This document shows, one piece after another, positions 44,616-59,151 of a stretch of 64,000 bases of DNA; the first letter of the stretch is position 1, and every line of letters begins with the position of its first letter. Below the pieces are notes generated by a model. It had not been told where the DNA came from, made no database searches, and worked only from the letters and a program-made list of their open reading frames with translations. Origin of the DNA: Utricularia gibba (Eukaryota > Plantae > Magnoliophyta); NCBI GenBank assembly GCA_002189035.1, contig CM007992.1, positions 3,596,001-3,660,000 on the forward strand, in the 5' to 3' direction. Position numbers and translations under genes: made by a program.

Positions 44616-47600
44616 AATTTGAGTTTCTTTCCTTCAAGTTTGGACCCCTTATGCCTCCAGGATAAAATTTTGATGGAGAAGAAAGATGAGGGGGTGCCCA
44701 TGGAGAAGGGTTTTTCCCATGAACACATCATCTAGACACTAAGAGAACTTACAGTAACGAACAACAGCACAGTGACAGCTGAGTTTTGAAGCTGGGCCAG
44801 GTCGCTGGCTTTGAAGCAATATGAGCCGATCCACTAAACGGGAAAAAGGCCTCAAAAAATGGGCCGACATTAAACCGATATATATATTTTGTAAAATAAA
44901 ATGAATATTATGTGAAACAAGATATGGATGAGAATCAAGGCGTCCTTTTACTCTTCATCATTATTTTACTATCATTTTAAAATAAATATTAATAATGAAT
45001 TTTTCAATCTATTTTTAGATTTATTCATATTTTCAATATGATTTTTTTCAATCAATTCAATTAAATTCAATATAGAACTATTATATTTAAATTTAATATT
45101 TCTAAATATCAATTTTTTATTAGTTTATAAAAATTGTTGAATCAAATAAAAAAAATCATGAATTCAAATTGAATTACATCTAATCCTAAATTTTAAAACA
45201 CTACATAACAATGACTAATCTATTTGAATTATTTATATTTATATAAATATAAATTATATCGTCAAAACTGAAATTGTATTTGGTACACAAATCTTATAAA
45301 TATATATTTAAATTAATACTATGTTTCATAAATCCTTTTACAGTAAATAAAAAAATAAAGCAAAACTCAATTTTTCAAAAACATAATTGGATTATTATGC
45401 ACATGTTCTAAAAATCACGTTTCTATTTAATAACACGTAAGACTGTGTATTCAGAAATGCCCCAACTTTGGACAATTTGCAATACAATGAGATTACTATT
45501 CCACAAGTATTGACACAAATCGAATTTTGGTACATGAATGATGCTACGACATTCTTTGGATTATTTTTTACACGATCACATTTTTTTAATGAAACAATGT
45601 CCAAAATTGATAATTTCACACGGGTGGTCAAGACAACGGCCGATTGGGTGTTGGAAAATCAGCCACTGTACGAATCTAATGATTTGTATGTTACAATTTT
45701 GAAACAAATTCTGACATCATACCCATAATTTCATAACATAATAATAGCGCATCCAGATATCAATATTTTTAAATTATTTTTGTAATTTAATTTTGTAAAT
45801 TATTAAATATAAATACACACATTTGGGGGAATATTATTGTAAAATACAAATACAGAAACATAATTAAAACCCTCATACTGTTTAAAAACAAAAAAAATAA
45901 GTTTTCAACATAATTTAAACTTAAATCATGGGTTATGAAAGATGTGTTTTAAAACACTAAGGATGGTAAACTTTATGAAAAATACAAATTTTCTTGTCAA
46001 TAAATCCTAAAAAATATTTACTTTCAACTAAATCCATGTATAATCCCTAATAAATTAAACCACACCATTCCTTTACTTTTAATCAAACATGGCCTTAGTG
46101 TTATATTGAACATGGGTACTGTTGAAATTAGGGATCTGATGGATTGGGTAAATGCACACGTAAAGTCTAAATACATAAGAAACGTGAATCACAATAGAAA
46201 ATATTATACTCAATCGATTACTAATGATATACAATTTATTATATATTTGAATATTTCATTTTCATTTTCCAATGTGGAATTGTGTATTTTAACAAGTATG
46301 ATATATCACATTAGTTATAATTGAAAATGTGATATACTTGTAAATATATATTTTTGAATGAGAATGAGTATTGGAATGGGATAAGAATGACGTAAGTTAT
46401 ATCATATTTTACTTTGAAGCCGAGGGAGGTGTGTAGAGACGACAGAAAGGGCGAGACACGATAGGCAGCAATGATTCAATTGTAACCATGGAATTACTCA
46501 CTTTGCTTTGTTTTTTGTTGGAAATATGTGGGCGAATTTGGACTTGCGTGTGAATATTCGAAGGCATAGGCCCCCATCGTGTACTGTCAAAGGAGTGTGG
46601 TGCACTCCAGCTTTGTGTTTGCTTCCCGCTTGTAAATGTGTGGAGGGGAGGTAGCAAGTGACCCCAAGTAGCCTTCTTTTGGTTATTACAAGGCACTTGT
46701 CACATGCCCCATGTCGTTAACACTCCATATTATTGGTTACATATATTTGATTTTTACGATTTTATGTTCTAATTTCTCGTTTGTAACTGATTCTAAGCCC
46801 TTCCATATACATTTTTCCCATTTAGTCACTCAACATACTGCCTAAGTTCGTGTCCTATCATTATCATGCATTTGGATTAGATTATGATATCCAATGTCAA
46901 ATCCACGTTCGCGTTCGTTTTTTTTCTATTTGGTCGTCATAATTTTACATTATTCCTTTTTAAGAAAGGAGTGTTCCTTATTTAACTTCTTCATCGCGAA
47001 CAATGTGGATAGAACACTAAGGCCAGAGCATGTGGGGAGTGTCCCACGTCATAAAAGGAAACCGAGTGCGTGCAGCCGAGGGGATGATGGATGGCCTCGA
47101 CCCAGACACAAGTTGTGGTTGGACGGGGGTGACGAAGAAGCGTTCAAAAATATCAAAACAAACAATTTTATATCGAGATTTGAAATTAAAGTAATTAAGT
47201 ATAATTATAAATTATAAATCATTAATAATTGATTGAATCTAATTTTTTTAATATGATTTATATTTTTTATATATAATTATTTAACCACATCCTGAATTTC
47301 AACAAAAAGATAACAATTCGGCGGATAAGAGGGTTGGGGAGGATGGTTGGCTGTGGAGAGGGATGGGAGCTTGAAGTGGACCTATCTGAGTCAAATTGGA
47401 GAATTTGGGAACTGGTTTTTGAGACTGCGGGTGTGGATCGATCTTCACGTGCCTCTGCGTCAAAATCGTCCTATTCTTCATTTACTTATTCTGGGTTTCT
47501 CAATTTGCCTGAAAACCATTCACGCCTCCAAAGGCCAGGTTCCCAGCTTTATCTCCGACATGGCGCCCCGCTAACGGCCACCCGGATAGCCCCGCAAACC

Positions 47601-48058
47601 CACAGCTTCAAATAAAGGTAGCAGTAAACGTAAACCGCTTGACAGAGAGTTCCACGCTATAAAAAATGATGAAGTCTGCGCCTTTTTCTCTCTTGTATCA
47701 AAGGAGCAAAGTCAAACCCTAACGAATTGAACCCTTGGGCAGTGACATGAGACCTTTTGGTAAAAGGGAATGCTTGAAAAAAGGGTTGCAATGTCGATAG
47801 AACCTCACTGTCTCCCTTCTACCAGGAGTAATTTCATTGGGTGGCTTGGAGCTATCACATCAGGTATGAGCTCATTCATGGGCCCAGACGCCATAAAATA
47901 ATTCGCAGCCTCACGAGCAACTAGGTGGTGAACTGGTGATGCCCACTTGCCTTATCAATCTCTAGTACTCAAAGCTTTTTTTATATATACGGCCGCAAGC
48001 CTTTTCATTTCATCCCACATTCGGAGAAGAAAGAAAAATAGGGAGGGATCAATCATTC

Positions 48059-49277
48059 ATGGCCGCAATTTACCATGAAAACCAGTCGCTTTTCGCCGGA
48101 AACCTTTTCGATTGCGGCGGCGGAGGTGGAGGAATAGAGCAAGTGGGCACCACTCGAAATGGGGACTTCAAGTCTCCCCTCTTTTCAGTTCCTTCCGAGT
48201 CTCCCCCGGCGGGTGTCCGCCGCCGATGCCGAACCGCCGGAAAAGGAGACGGACGAGGACTCACAAGAATAAGGAGGAAATTGAGAACCAGAGGATGACG
48301 CATATCGCCGTGGAGAGAAACCGCCGCCGCCAGATGAATGACTACCTCGCTGTGCTCCGCTCCTTGATGCCCCCCTCTTACTCCCAAAGGGTATGTTGCT
48401 CCTCCTGCCTTCTTCTTTCCGACCGGCACTTGCTTAGGAGTAACCAAGATCAATTTCCTGTCAATTTTTCGAATAATAACTGTACAAAACGTAAGATACC
48501 CAATTATTGTATGTCTGAATTGATTATGTAGGCATGCATGTATTTTTGCGGTTGGTAGGGTATGTTTGTACATGCAGTTGTGAATAAAAACAAACCAACC
48601 TCTGCGCGAATCTCTTGTACGTTACGAGTATGTTTCTTTTTTTTTTTTTTTTGATGTAATAATCATTTCATTCCCATAATCGGAATGCATTTTCTGGTTA
48701 CTGTCGAAAGGGTGATCAAGCGTCGATCGTGGCCGGGGCGATTAACTTCGTGAAGGAGATGGAGCAGCACGTGCAGTTCCTGGAAGCCATGAAGCTCTCC
48801 GGCGCAGCGCGGCCGCAGGATCTCAACGTCTTCTCCAGGTTCTTCACCTTCCCGCAGTACACTACCAGCGCCGAGGAGGGCAACTGCGGCGACAGGCGGC
48901 GGTCGAGCATCGCCGACATCGAGGTGTCCATGGTCGAGACCCACGCAAACATCAAGGTGGTGTCGGAGCGCCGACCCAAGCTGCTCCTCCGGCTCGCGAC
49001 GTGGCTTCACTCCGCCGGCCTCTCGATCCTCCACGTCAACGTCACCACCGTGGACCCATGGGTGCTATACTCCTTCAGCGTCAAGGTACGTCAGTACATT
49101 ACATTGCATCACATTACACCAACCGCGGCAGGCACATAGTACGATGTTCTAACACACACACACACCGTGCGCGGCTTCTGATTGGTCAAGGTGGGGGAGG
49201 ACTGCCGGTTCTCGACTGTGAACGAGATCGCGACGGGGGTGCACGACGTTCTGCGGGAGGAAGCTCAGCAGCCCTGA
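48059..49277 (+). CDS. Group Ia bHLH (bHLH94/96/99-like), copy A, 3 exons (48059-48390, 48711-49085, 49191-49277); apparent frameshift at about 48205
   Basis: [27 protein letters not shown]|[26 protein letters not shown]. The N-terminus MAAIYHENQ, homologous to copy B, is in a different frame from the bHLH domain. Confidence 0.9.
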
Positions 49278-51553
49278 GTCAGGACGAGTAGAGTGTGGTG
49301 TGACAACTCAGGTGTGGAAGAAAACGGTTATCCCGACCGGATGCGACAACCATGGCTTGGTTTCATAATGCTTCGCTGCCGGAGAATTAATTTAACGCTC
49401 TTGTTTGTGGAATTCAATTTGGTACCTATTTTCGCAACCTTTGTAATAACAATCACCTACCACCTTTATTGTCATCAAAATCCCCAACTTCAACCCCTTT
49501 GGTTCGGGTAACGATGATACAATTTGATGAAATTTGTAATAAAAAAATGATTTCAATTCATATAAATATTTTATTTCGATTAAATTGTACATTATTAATT
49601 TTATATCATTCCAAGCTATATTATTTCACCACTCTTAAGAGTTTTTTTTTATTTAACTTTCATTCCAATTTTTCACTATTTTCAATTTATTTACATTTTT
49701 AACACTAATTTGATTTATTTGTAAATAAATAGAATGTTGTGGATTTTTAGTATATTTTTGGGATCAATTTGAATAAAAACAAGACTTAACAATTTATGGA
49801 TTTGTTAGAACACAAATCTCAATTTAATACTAGGTCAAAGTATGAATATTTGGTCGAAAATTTGTTAATGAAATAAATATTTGAAGATAATCCAGAAATT
49901 TTTTTTAAAAAATTAGTTAGAAGATTTTACCCAAATATATCAAGATTCAGATATTATTTTCTATAAATACTCTACTTTCTCATTCAAAAATATTAATATT
50001 TAATATTTTGACAAAAAATAGTCTCCGTTTTTTAATATAAATAATGCATTTCATTTCCACAATCAAAATAAGTCCTCAAAATTTTGTGTATTGAGTATAA
50101 TTAATTTCTAAAATTTGATATATAAGCATAATTAGTCTTCAAAATATTATATTTTAAACATATAACGGTCTTTCATTATTTGAACATTGAATATAATTAG
50201 TCCTGGTTATTTTATAAATTAGGCATGATTAGTTGGATACTAATTTTTAAATATTTTAAAAAGTTTAAGTATTTCCTAATTATTTTAAATATTAAAAATT
50301 ACTTATATTGAAATAGAGGATACTACATTAAACCAATTTTATCATTATTTGAAAATATTGAAAACTAATTATATCGAATTTGTAAACAATGAGGATACTT
50401 TTGTAAATTTCACAGATAGTGGGAATCAATGATGTCGAATACCTATTTCATTTTTTTATTGACCAGCAAAACACAGTGTAAATATTTCAATTAATTTTAA
50501 AAAATTAATTTAAATTATCTCATTTGATTAGTTGTGATTTTTCCATTTTCCTTTTCATTGCGAATTTTGATTTACCAGATTCTGCGGAGTCAAACTGAAG
50601 TGTGGCTGGTTAAAATGTCACGGGGAAAATATTAAAAAAATAAAAAGTATACTCTTTTTATTTAATGCTGTCAAGGCCGGTGCTGTCGAGGATAATATAT
50701 AATATTTCTTATAAGATTGTTGGGCGCCACTCATCCATAACATGCCATATCATTCCATGCCTATTCCAATGTGGTTCATTTTGGATGTATGTGATAAAAA
50801 CGATCATTATTAATATTATTTTTTAAAAAATAATATACTAGACATTAAAATTATATTTCTAAATGATCCAATTCCGAATTTGTGGTTTCGTGGAGCCCAC
50901 GAGGGCCCTCAATGAATTTTTTGGAGAAAAAAATGGTGTTTTTTATTATTGAAAACAGGGTGGCCCTCAATTATTCGTCATATTTTATTTATCGTATTAT
51001 ATGTTTATTTGTTTTTATTCAAATAAAAAAATGACCACGTTCGAACATAAGAGAGGGTGAATGATCCAAGAGAATAAACAGGGGGTAAAAAAATACTATA
51101 AAAAAATTTAAAGTGAGGGGTGCAATTATTTCGTATCTCTAGAAGCATTTCGAAGCCAAGACACGAGAACATGTTTATAAGACAATGTTGTCCCGTTTTT
51201 TGATTAAGTATGTTATTGGTAGGGTAGTATAATTAATAATTCGATTAAATTATTAATATTTAAATAAAAAAACATTAAATGATTATAATTGAAAGCATGT
51301 TTGGTGAATAGATTTTACAATTACGTATTTAAAATATGTGTGTCATGACCCACCTTCACTATATTCACTTCAATCATCCAATTTTCATAATTTTATACTT
51401 TTTCATTATAGGTCATCTTAATTGTTCTTAATCAATATAAGATACTGTCACAACGTACCTGGTCTTATTACATATTTTTATCTTATTTGAGTAAGAAAAC
51501 TAATCTCATATGAGAATACTAGCATAAAAGAGACGTAATTCTCAATACATTTA

Positions 51554-51775
51554 GAGTGTGTTTGATAAAAAGTATAAAGTAGTATAATTAAATAAAAAAA
51601 AGAAAACATGATATTTGATAAGTAAAATAAATTATATTTCGAATAATTTATAACATGAATATGAGATAAAATAATAAGATGATAAAGATTGGAATAAAAT
51701 TGTACTGTCATAAAACTCTTTTTTATATACTTATTTTTATCCCAATTATAATTTATCTGTGTACCAAACACAATA
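51554..51775. mobile_element. Degenerate Tourist-like MITE
   Basis: GAGTGTGTTTGAT / ACCAAACACAATA (10/13 match); TTA at 51551-51553 and 51776-51778. Confidence 0.6.
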
Positions 51776-52471
51776 TTATGTTATATGAAATTAAATATGA
51801 AGTTAGGGTTGGGGAATTGGGGATATGTTGAGGAATGGGAGTCGCAAATTTTGGCAGAACGGTTGTTTCCTTTTTTCTGTTGCCACTTGTGATGAGCAAC
51901 AACAATAAGCGGCGCACAATTTGTTTAAATCAAGTGGCAAATTCTGAAGAGGAAGGCAATGATTGCGAGGGAGGCGCTCTTCTTCAGGTTGTGGGTTGAA
52001 TAAGCTTGGTAACTTCTGGTTGCTGGGGTGAAATCGTGGGTCAGAAGGGGAAAACTTTGGGAGTTCACATGGTTTTTCTGTAGTTCTTTGGGAGCGCCTG
52101 CGAGTTCCTCACCGCGGCAGACTCGTGGTTCAGCTTTTGTAAGAAGACACCACGCTACTTGACATGCATTTCATTCAACGTGTGGCAGGCACTTAACCGT
52201 CTGTAGCTGCATTCGGGGGTGGGAGTATCAGAAATTTAAAAGATATGTTTTGAGCTTGGGGTTGCAAGATGAGTGAAAGAAGGTGAAATGTCAAGGGAAA
52301 CTACACTGTCTCCAGTCCACTGTTGGTGATTTCGTTGCGGACATGGACGATGTGTGGTGAACAGAGATCCTCACGTGCAGTGCCGTGATTACAGGCATTA
52401 TATGGTTTGACACTCGTACTCTTTATATACGTAGAGCCGCAAGCTTACGGCAGGGGGATAAAGGAATATCC

Positions 52472-53677
52472 ATGGCTGAATTCTACCATGAAAACGAGTC
52501 CACCCTCACCGGAGGTCTGGATGAGATGGTTACTCAGAACAGTGGCCACACTCCTCTTCCACTTAACGAGTTTCTCGGATCCAAAAACCCTACATTTCTC
52601 TTTGCATCTCCTCACACTGGATGCCCGGCGCCGGTGCCCATCCGTCGGCACAGACGGGGAGTCAGGAGTAAGAAGAATGAAGAGGATGCGGAGATCCAGA
52701 GGCTGGCGCATATTGTCTCGGAGAGAAACCGCCGCCGCCAGGTCAACGACTACCTCGCCGTTCTCCGTTCCTTGATCCCTCCAACTTATCCCATCAGGGT
52801 ACGTTTTCCTTTGGATTGATCAGTTTTTACAAACATTTCATATTGCGATTGAACTCCGTATTTCGTTATGATTCATGTATTTGGACTTTTTTTTTTTTTT
52901 TTTTTTGCCAATCCACACACTTTTGTGGTAGGGTATGCTTGTGAATGGAAACAAACCTGTCACTACGAGAATCTCTTGTACTTTACAGTATGCAACCATT
53001 TGTTTAATCTGAAATCCCATGTCTAATGTCGAGCAGTGTGACCAAGCATCGATCGTGGGTGGGACAGTCAACTTCGTGAAGCAGCTGGAGCAAGTGGTGC
53101 ATTTCCTGGAAGCAATGAAACTCGCACGTCGGACGCCGGGAGAGCATTTCAACGTCTTCTCCCAGTTCTTCAGTTTCCCGCAGTACACTACGAGCCTCGT
53201 GGAGGTCTACGACGGGGAGCGGCGGCAGTCAAGCATCGCCGACGTCGAGGTGTCCATGGTGGAGAAGCACGCGGCCATCAAGGTGGTGGTGAAGCCCCGA
53301 CCCAAGCTTCTACTCTGGCTCGTCTCCGGGCTCCAATCCCTCGGCCTCCCGGTTCTCCACCTCAACGTCACGACTGTCAACACCTCGGTTCTTTACTCCA
53401 TGAGCGTCAAGGTACTCCGACAATTGAGGAAGCATCTGCTAGCTTCTGACAGTTTTATTCTTAATCTAATCAAACCAGACGTAAAGTACAGCTCACAGCA
53501 CATCAACCTAACACAATTCTGCTGATGCCGTCGATGCAGGTGGAAACTGACGGCGGGTTTCTGACGGCGAACGAGATCGCCACGGCGGTGCACCGCATGC
53601 TGGGCATGTTTCACGACCAGGCTCCAGACCAAGGAACGGAGCCCGGTGTGGACAAAAATTCAGTGATGGAAAGTTGA
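52472..53677 (+). CDS. Group Ia bHLH, tandem copy B, 3 exons (52472-52798, 53037-53411, 53540-53677)
   Basis: [27 protein letters not shown]|CDQASIV, FFSFPQY, ADVEVSMVEKHA; same intron positions as copy A; frame intact. Confidence 0.93.
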
Positions 53678-54794
53678 TATATTATTAATTCGGGTCATCG
53701 AATCATTGTTTTTAACCGTCGGTTTTTTATCTCCGTAATTTCTATCAAGATTTAAACCCGAAAATTTAAAATTGATTTATGTAAATCGACCTGCACAAGT
53801 TATTGGTGGGTTTATAAATAGTATGTGCGTATATTTTTAAACTCCCGTACCAAATGTGAGTTTATTAATAAATTTACATTAATACCTACCTAACCTGTCC
53901 AACCAACCTTGATCTTATTTTTTAAAAGATCCATTTTATCAAAATCAATTTAAGTATTCATGGAATTATTTTGATTGAAACCCTAAAATTGCCGTTTTTT
54001 AATTGAAATCATTACTTGACACCAAGAAACACTACTTTTATAAATATGAATAAATAACAAATAACAATTTTGAGTGATATTTTAATAGGTGTAAATACAA
54101 TTTTATAAATAATAATGTTGCCTCTGTGGTCCTCTCGATCCGTGCCCGTCCATCATCCATGAATCCTGACCGTCCGTTCAAATTCAGAAAGCACATATTT
54201 GGAGATCGTCTGCCGTCCGATTCCGTAAGTGGATAGTGATTCGTGGCCGTTAGATTATATATCTCTAGTCGTTGAAAGATCTCTTTATAAGCGCCGAAGG
54301 CCCTTCCCATTCCGGCTTTTCAAAGTTTGTTTCGTTGGTGAAGGAGAAGATCCTGCGCGCGGTCTTGAAAGGGTGAGTCTTCTTCTATCGGCGTCGGAGT
54401 GCTGAAGCTGTTTCACTTGCTTGATTTCCGAGGACGATTGTGTCGAATTGCTTGGTGGTAGTCTTTGATAGGAAACGCTTGATTCGAAGAGTATTCGATT
54501 GTTAAGGGTTTATTTTAGGGGTTTGAGGTTTGATTTGGTTTTATATCGGCTGATTTCTTCCACAAGGAGTGATTTCGTTCTGTTTCTAGGAAAATCCGTC
54601 TTGTCGATTGCATGTGTGATACGCGATCTGCAAGCTTCGCTCCTTTTTCTGTTAAAAACAAAACTCAAGAACATCCGTTGTATCTGTTTCGCGTGGTCTT
54701 GAGTTTTGACTTGCGGATGCCGTAGTGCAGTCTATCTTTGGCATGAATGTGGAATTTCTGTTATCTGATTTCACCTGCTTCCTCTTTGTTCTAG

Positions 54795-55451
<657 letters not shown>

Positions 55452-56109
55452 AGGCATTTCCAGAGGCCGCCTCCTTATTTTGATATTCGTTGCCGTCATT
55501 ACCCGTGCGAACCCATTCCTCCTGCTTGCTTCCTTCTGTTTCCTAGGGACGATGATCACTCAACTTACTGCTGTGTTTCCAGAACAACTCACTGTTGTGG
55601 TGCCTTCTGTGATTAGTTTTAAGTGGGCTTTTTCAGCCCATTAGAAAGTTAAGCGTCATTGTGTCAACCCAGAAAAATTAGATTATCTTGTTTCCTTGAA
55701 AAATAAAAAAAGGACTGAAATTTGGAATACCATGTCAGCCATCTTCAATTAGAAAGTCAAAAAACGATATTTTATTAACAAAATCGAAAGATTTGGTCAT
55801 TAATTAGGAAATGCCGAATTAATTAATTAATTATAACTCAAGCATCAAAGTGGTCAAACTCTGCCGCCATGTTCAACGTCACCGGCACTCTCCTACGCAT
55901 AACCGCTGTCCTCGGTTTTCTTTCTTCTCTGCCCAAACATGACCAAATACCGCACGCCCATCTCCCTGTCCAAGTCTAAAGTCAACCCTCCACTTTGCCA
56001 TTATTAAAAGTTCTGTCTTGTTTGTTTAACGGACGATCCCTGCTGTTTGTCACACCAGGGGTGTTCCGGTGAACCCGAGATCGTCGCTGGATCCGAGTCG
56101 GCAGTCATC

Positions 56110-58126
56110 ATGTCACGTTCAAAATCGAGGTGTTTGTTTTCCCACTTGAGTGCGTGTGTGTGTGCATATGCTAATTGTTTCTCCTGTTTTTTCGGTTCAT
56201 CGTTCATACATGTGTGTCCGTTTTAATGGGTGTTTTGTGTAATTTCCTTGTTGGGGTGATTGCAGATCAGAAGAGAAGAAGACCCTTCATTGTGGAAACA
56301 TTTCTGTGTCGAAGCTTTGTAAGGGAGGTTCAATCCGGTGGCAGGTGGATGAAGATGCCCTTAAGTCCGTTTCCAGAAATTCGTCTGATGTTTCATCTTT
56401 TTCCAAGGTATTTTCCTCGATCAGGAATGTCATCATGAAACGTGGGTTGTGTTGAACTTATTTCAATTGGTGTGTGTAGCCTCGGGTTAGAGCCATGTTG
56501 ATGCAGCTGGAGGAGATGGAGCGGGAGCTGCGTGGGACTAAGGAGAAATTGGATGTTAGTGAGATGGAAAAGTTTCAGCTTCTCGATAAGCTTGAGGAGG
56601 TGAAAGATGAGTCGAATATGAGGGCCGCCGTAGCGGCCGAGGAGAATCGGCGGTTGAAGACGTCAATATTTCATTCGGACAACGACCGGAAGGCGAGGGA
56701 TGAACGGATCAAGGTATTGGAACGGGGGATGGCTGAGAAGGAGGAAATTTTGAGAGATTTGAGGGAGAGGGAGAAGCGTTTGATGCTTCTGCTTTCTGAG
56801 AACGAGAAGAGGATCCAGGAGTTGCAGCGCACAGTTGCTGATTCATTATCTCTTCATGGTAAGCTTGATTCTTCTCCTGTATCTCAAGGTGGAGAAGCTG
56901 AATCCAATCTGCGAAATGAGCTGCAAGAGGTGAAGGAGAATCTAGCGCAGGCTGAAGAAAGGGAGAAGAGGATGCAAAAGGAAATGGAAATGCTGAAGAG
57001 CGAGTGCAAGAAGTCTGAGGAAGCCATGGATGGCTTTGCTTTCGCCCTCAAGGAAGTGAATACTGAATTAAAGCATGTAAAGGAGAGGCTGGAGTTTAAG
57101 GAAGACGAACTGGAACACGTTAGAGTCGAAGCTGATCGGTTGAAGGAAATGCTTCGCAGCAGCGAGGAGAAATACCAGAAGCAGATCCGGGAAGCCAACC
57201 AGGAGGCTGAGTTACACAGAAACATAGCAGACCGCTATAAACTGGAAGCTGAAGAGTCGCTTTTGGCGTGGAATGAGAAGGAGATGGGATTTGTGGGTTG
57301 CATCAAAAGCGCAGAAGAGGAGAAGGCAATGGCACAGCGTGAGAGCCGCAAGCTCACGGAATCCGTTCGAGCAGCCGAAAACGAAAAAAGGGCAGCGAAA
57401 GAAGAAAATTTCAAGCTGAGGGATATACTGAAACAGGCCATCAGCGAAGCGAATGCAGCAAAAGCTGCAGCTGGGATAGCTAGAGAAGAGAACTCCTTTC
57501 TCAAGGACTGCCTTGCAGACAAGGAGGAGGCATTGCTTTTGCTAACCAAAGAAAACGAGCGGTATCGAGTTAGCGAAGCTGCAGCGATTGAAAACGCCAA
57601 GCAATTGAGGATCTTGTTATCAACAGTCTCATCAGATTGCAATGATAAGAATCAGAGTGAGCTTCTGATGTTCACAGCCCATTTGGATGGTGAAAATGAG
57701 GAGCCAAGTTTGAATAAAACCTTCAGTTTCAGTCTTGAAGATTTGAAGTTTTTGAATGGCCCTGAAGATGAGATCATTTTACATGAAGATCCAGCGAAAG
57801 CAGCAGTTCTCAAGGGCTCAATATTTGATACCAATGCAGAGACACCCAAATCGGAGCCACGAACTCCACAGTCGGTGTTTACTCGTCGTCATCAGAGAAG
57901 ACATTCTTATGCAATATCAGAGGGTGGAAGCGGGCCGAATTCGGAGGATTACGATCATTTCGATTCGGGGCACGATGATTCCGACTCCGAGAAACATTCG
58001 CACAGACGAGTCAAAACAATGTTCAGGCGTGTCGGGGATCTGCTGACTATCAGAAGAGGAGGGATCCATAAGAAAGAGGCGTCCATTGATTCCCTGATTG
58101 TTGCCCATTCTCCACATGAGAAATGA
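56110..58126 (+). CDS. Long coiled-coil protein (WEB-family-like / myosin heavy chain-related), 3 exons (56110-56129, 56266-56407, 56480-58126)
   Basis: 543-aa E/K-rich ORF with SLLAWNEKE and KLRDILKQAISEANAAKAAA motifs. Two upstream GT-AG exons splice in frame from MSRSKS. Confidence 0.88.
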
Positions 58127-59151
58127 GATCACTCGCGTTTGTAAAGCATTTTTCACACACAGCGCATACTCTCTGTCTTACCATAGATTCATATACAACG
58201 AACACAGTCATCTTCTTATTTCGAAACTGGTTTGATCCAAACTAGCGGATTCGATCGATTCCATTATTGAATGGAAAACCCAGACCCATCTTTTCTCGCC
58301 TCTGAAGCCATCACGTGCGTATCCTGCGACGGCGGTACCCCATCCAACGCCTTCAGTCTCGATGATTTTTTTCAGTTCTGGAGTACGCGGCCCTCGTTTC
58401 CACGGCGGCGATACCTATTTCCCTCGCGTCGAATCGTATACTGCTACTCATTGGGGGAATTTTGCGAAGCAACTTTCTGGTGGGTTAACGTGCGCTTCTC
58501 ATCATCGGCTTCGTAGATGGGACGGGGATAGGGGCGGAGGGGTAGTGGCCGAAAATTACCGAAAAACTGGCCGCGTCTGTGCCGATTGAGAAGGTGGGAA
58601 TCTGGATACAGAAAACCCTCAAAGATCCCCATCTTGAGGTAAATCAAACCTCTGAATTGAGAAAATTCAGATTTCATTTTGAAAGATCGCATTTTGGTTA
58701 CAGGTATCGGCGTTACCCAGAGAAATTCTCTCAAGACTCGAGCTTTGGTTGCTGATAGGGAAGTTTTAGGAGTAAGAAAAGCTTTCCCAGACCCTGAAGA
58801 CGAGATTGTGTTAAATGTTGAGTTTTAGAAGACAAAAGAAATGGTTTAATTCTATTCATACCAGTAGATCGAGTACCATATGTATGTTAGAGCAGGCGAC
58901 TCGTCTAGTTCGCTTTGTTGTCTATCTGGGTGTAGGGCCAGAGGAGCATGGAACCGTTAAAGCGTTCCTTTATGGTGCCTGATCCTCGATGATGATCATG
59001 ATAGATAGTGAGCGTTAACGCTATTTCCGGCCCCTCCCCCGGAGTAGCCGTTCCCCACCACCATTCCTCTTCATTCAGATTCTGTCTGCACACCCACACT
59101 GTAGAAGAGTAAGCATAGCTTCGTTTGGAAGCGCTGGATCGGAATCTGAGA

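Noticed and set aside
48012-48023. snRNA USE-like ATCCCACATTCG
   Set aside because: It has an extra base, lies downstream of the TATA box within a bHLH leader, and no snRNA follows.
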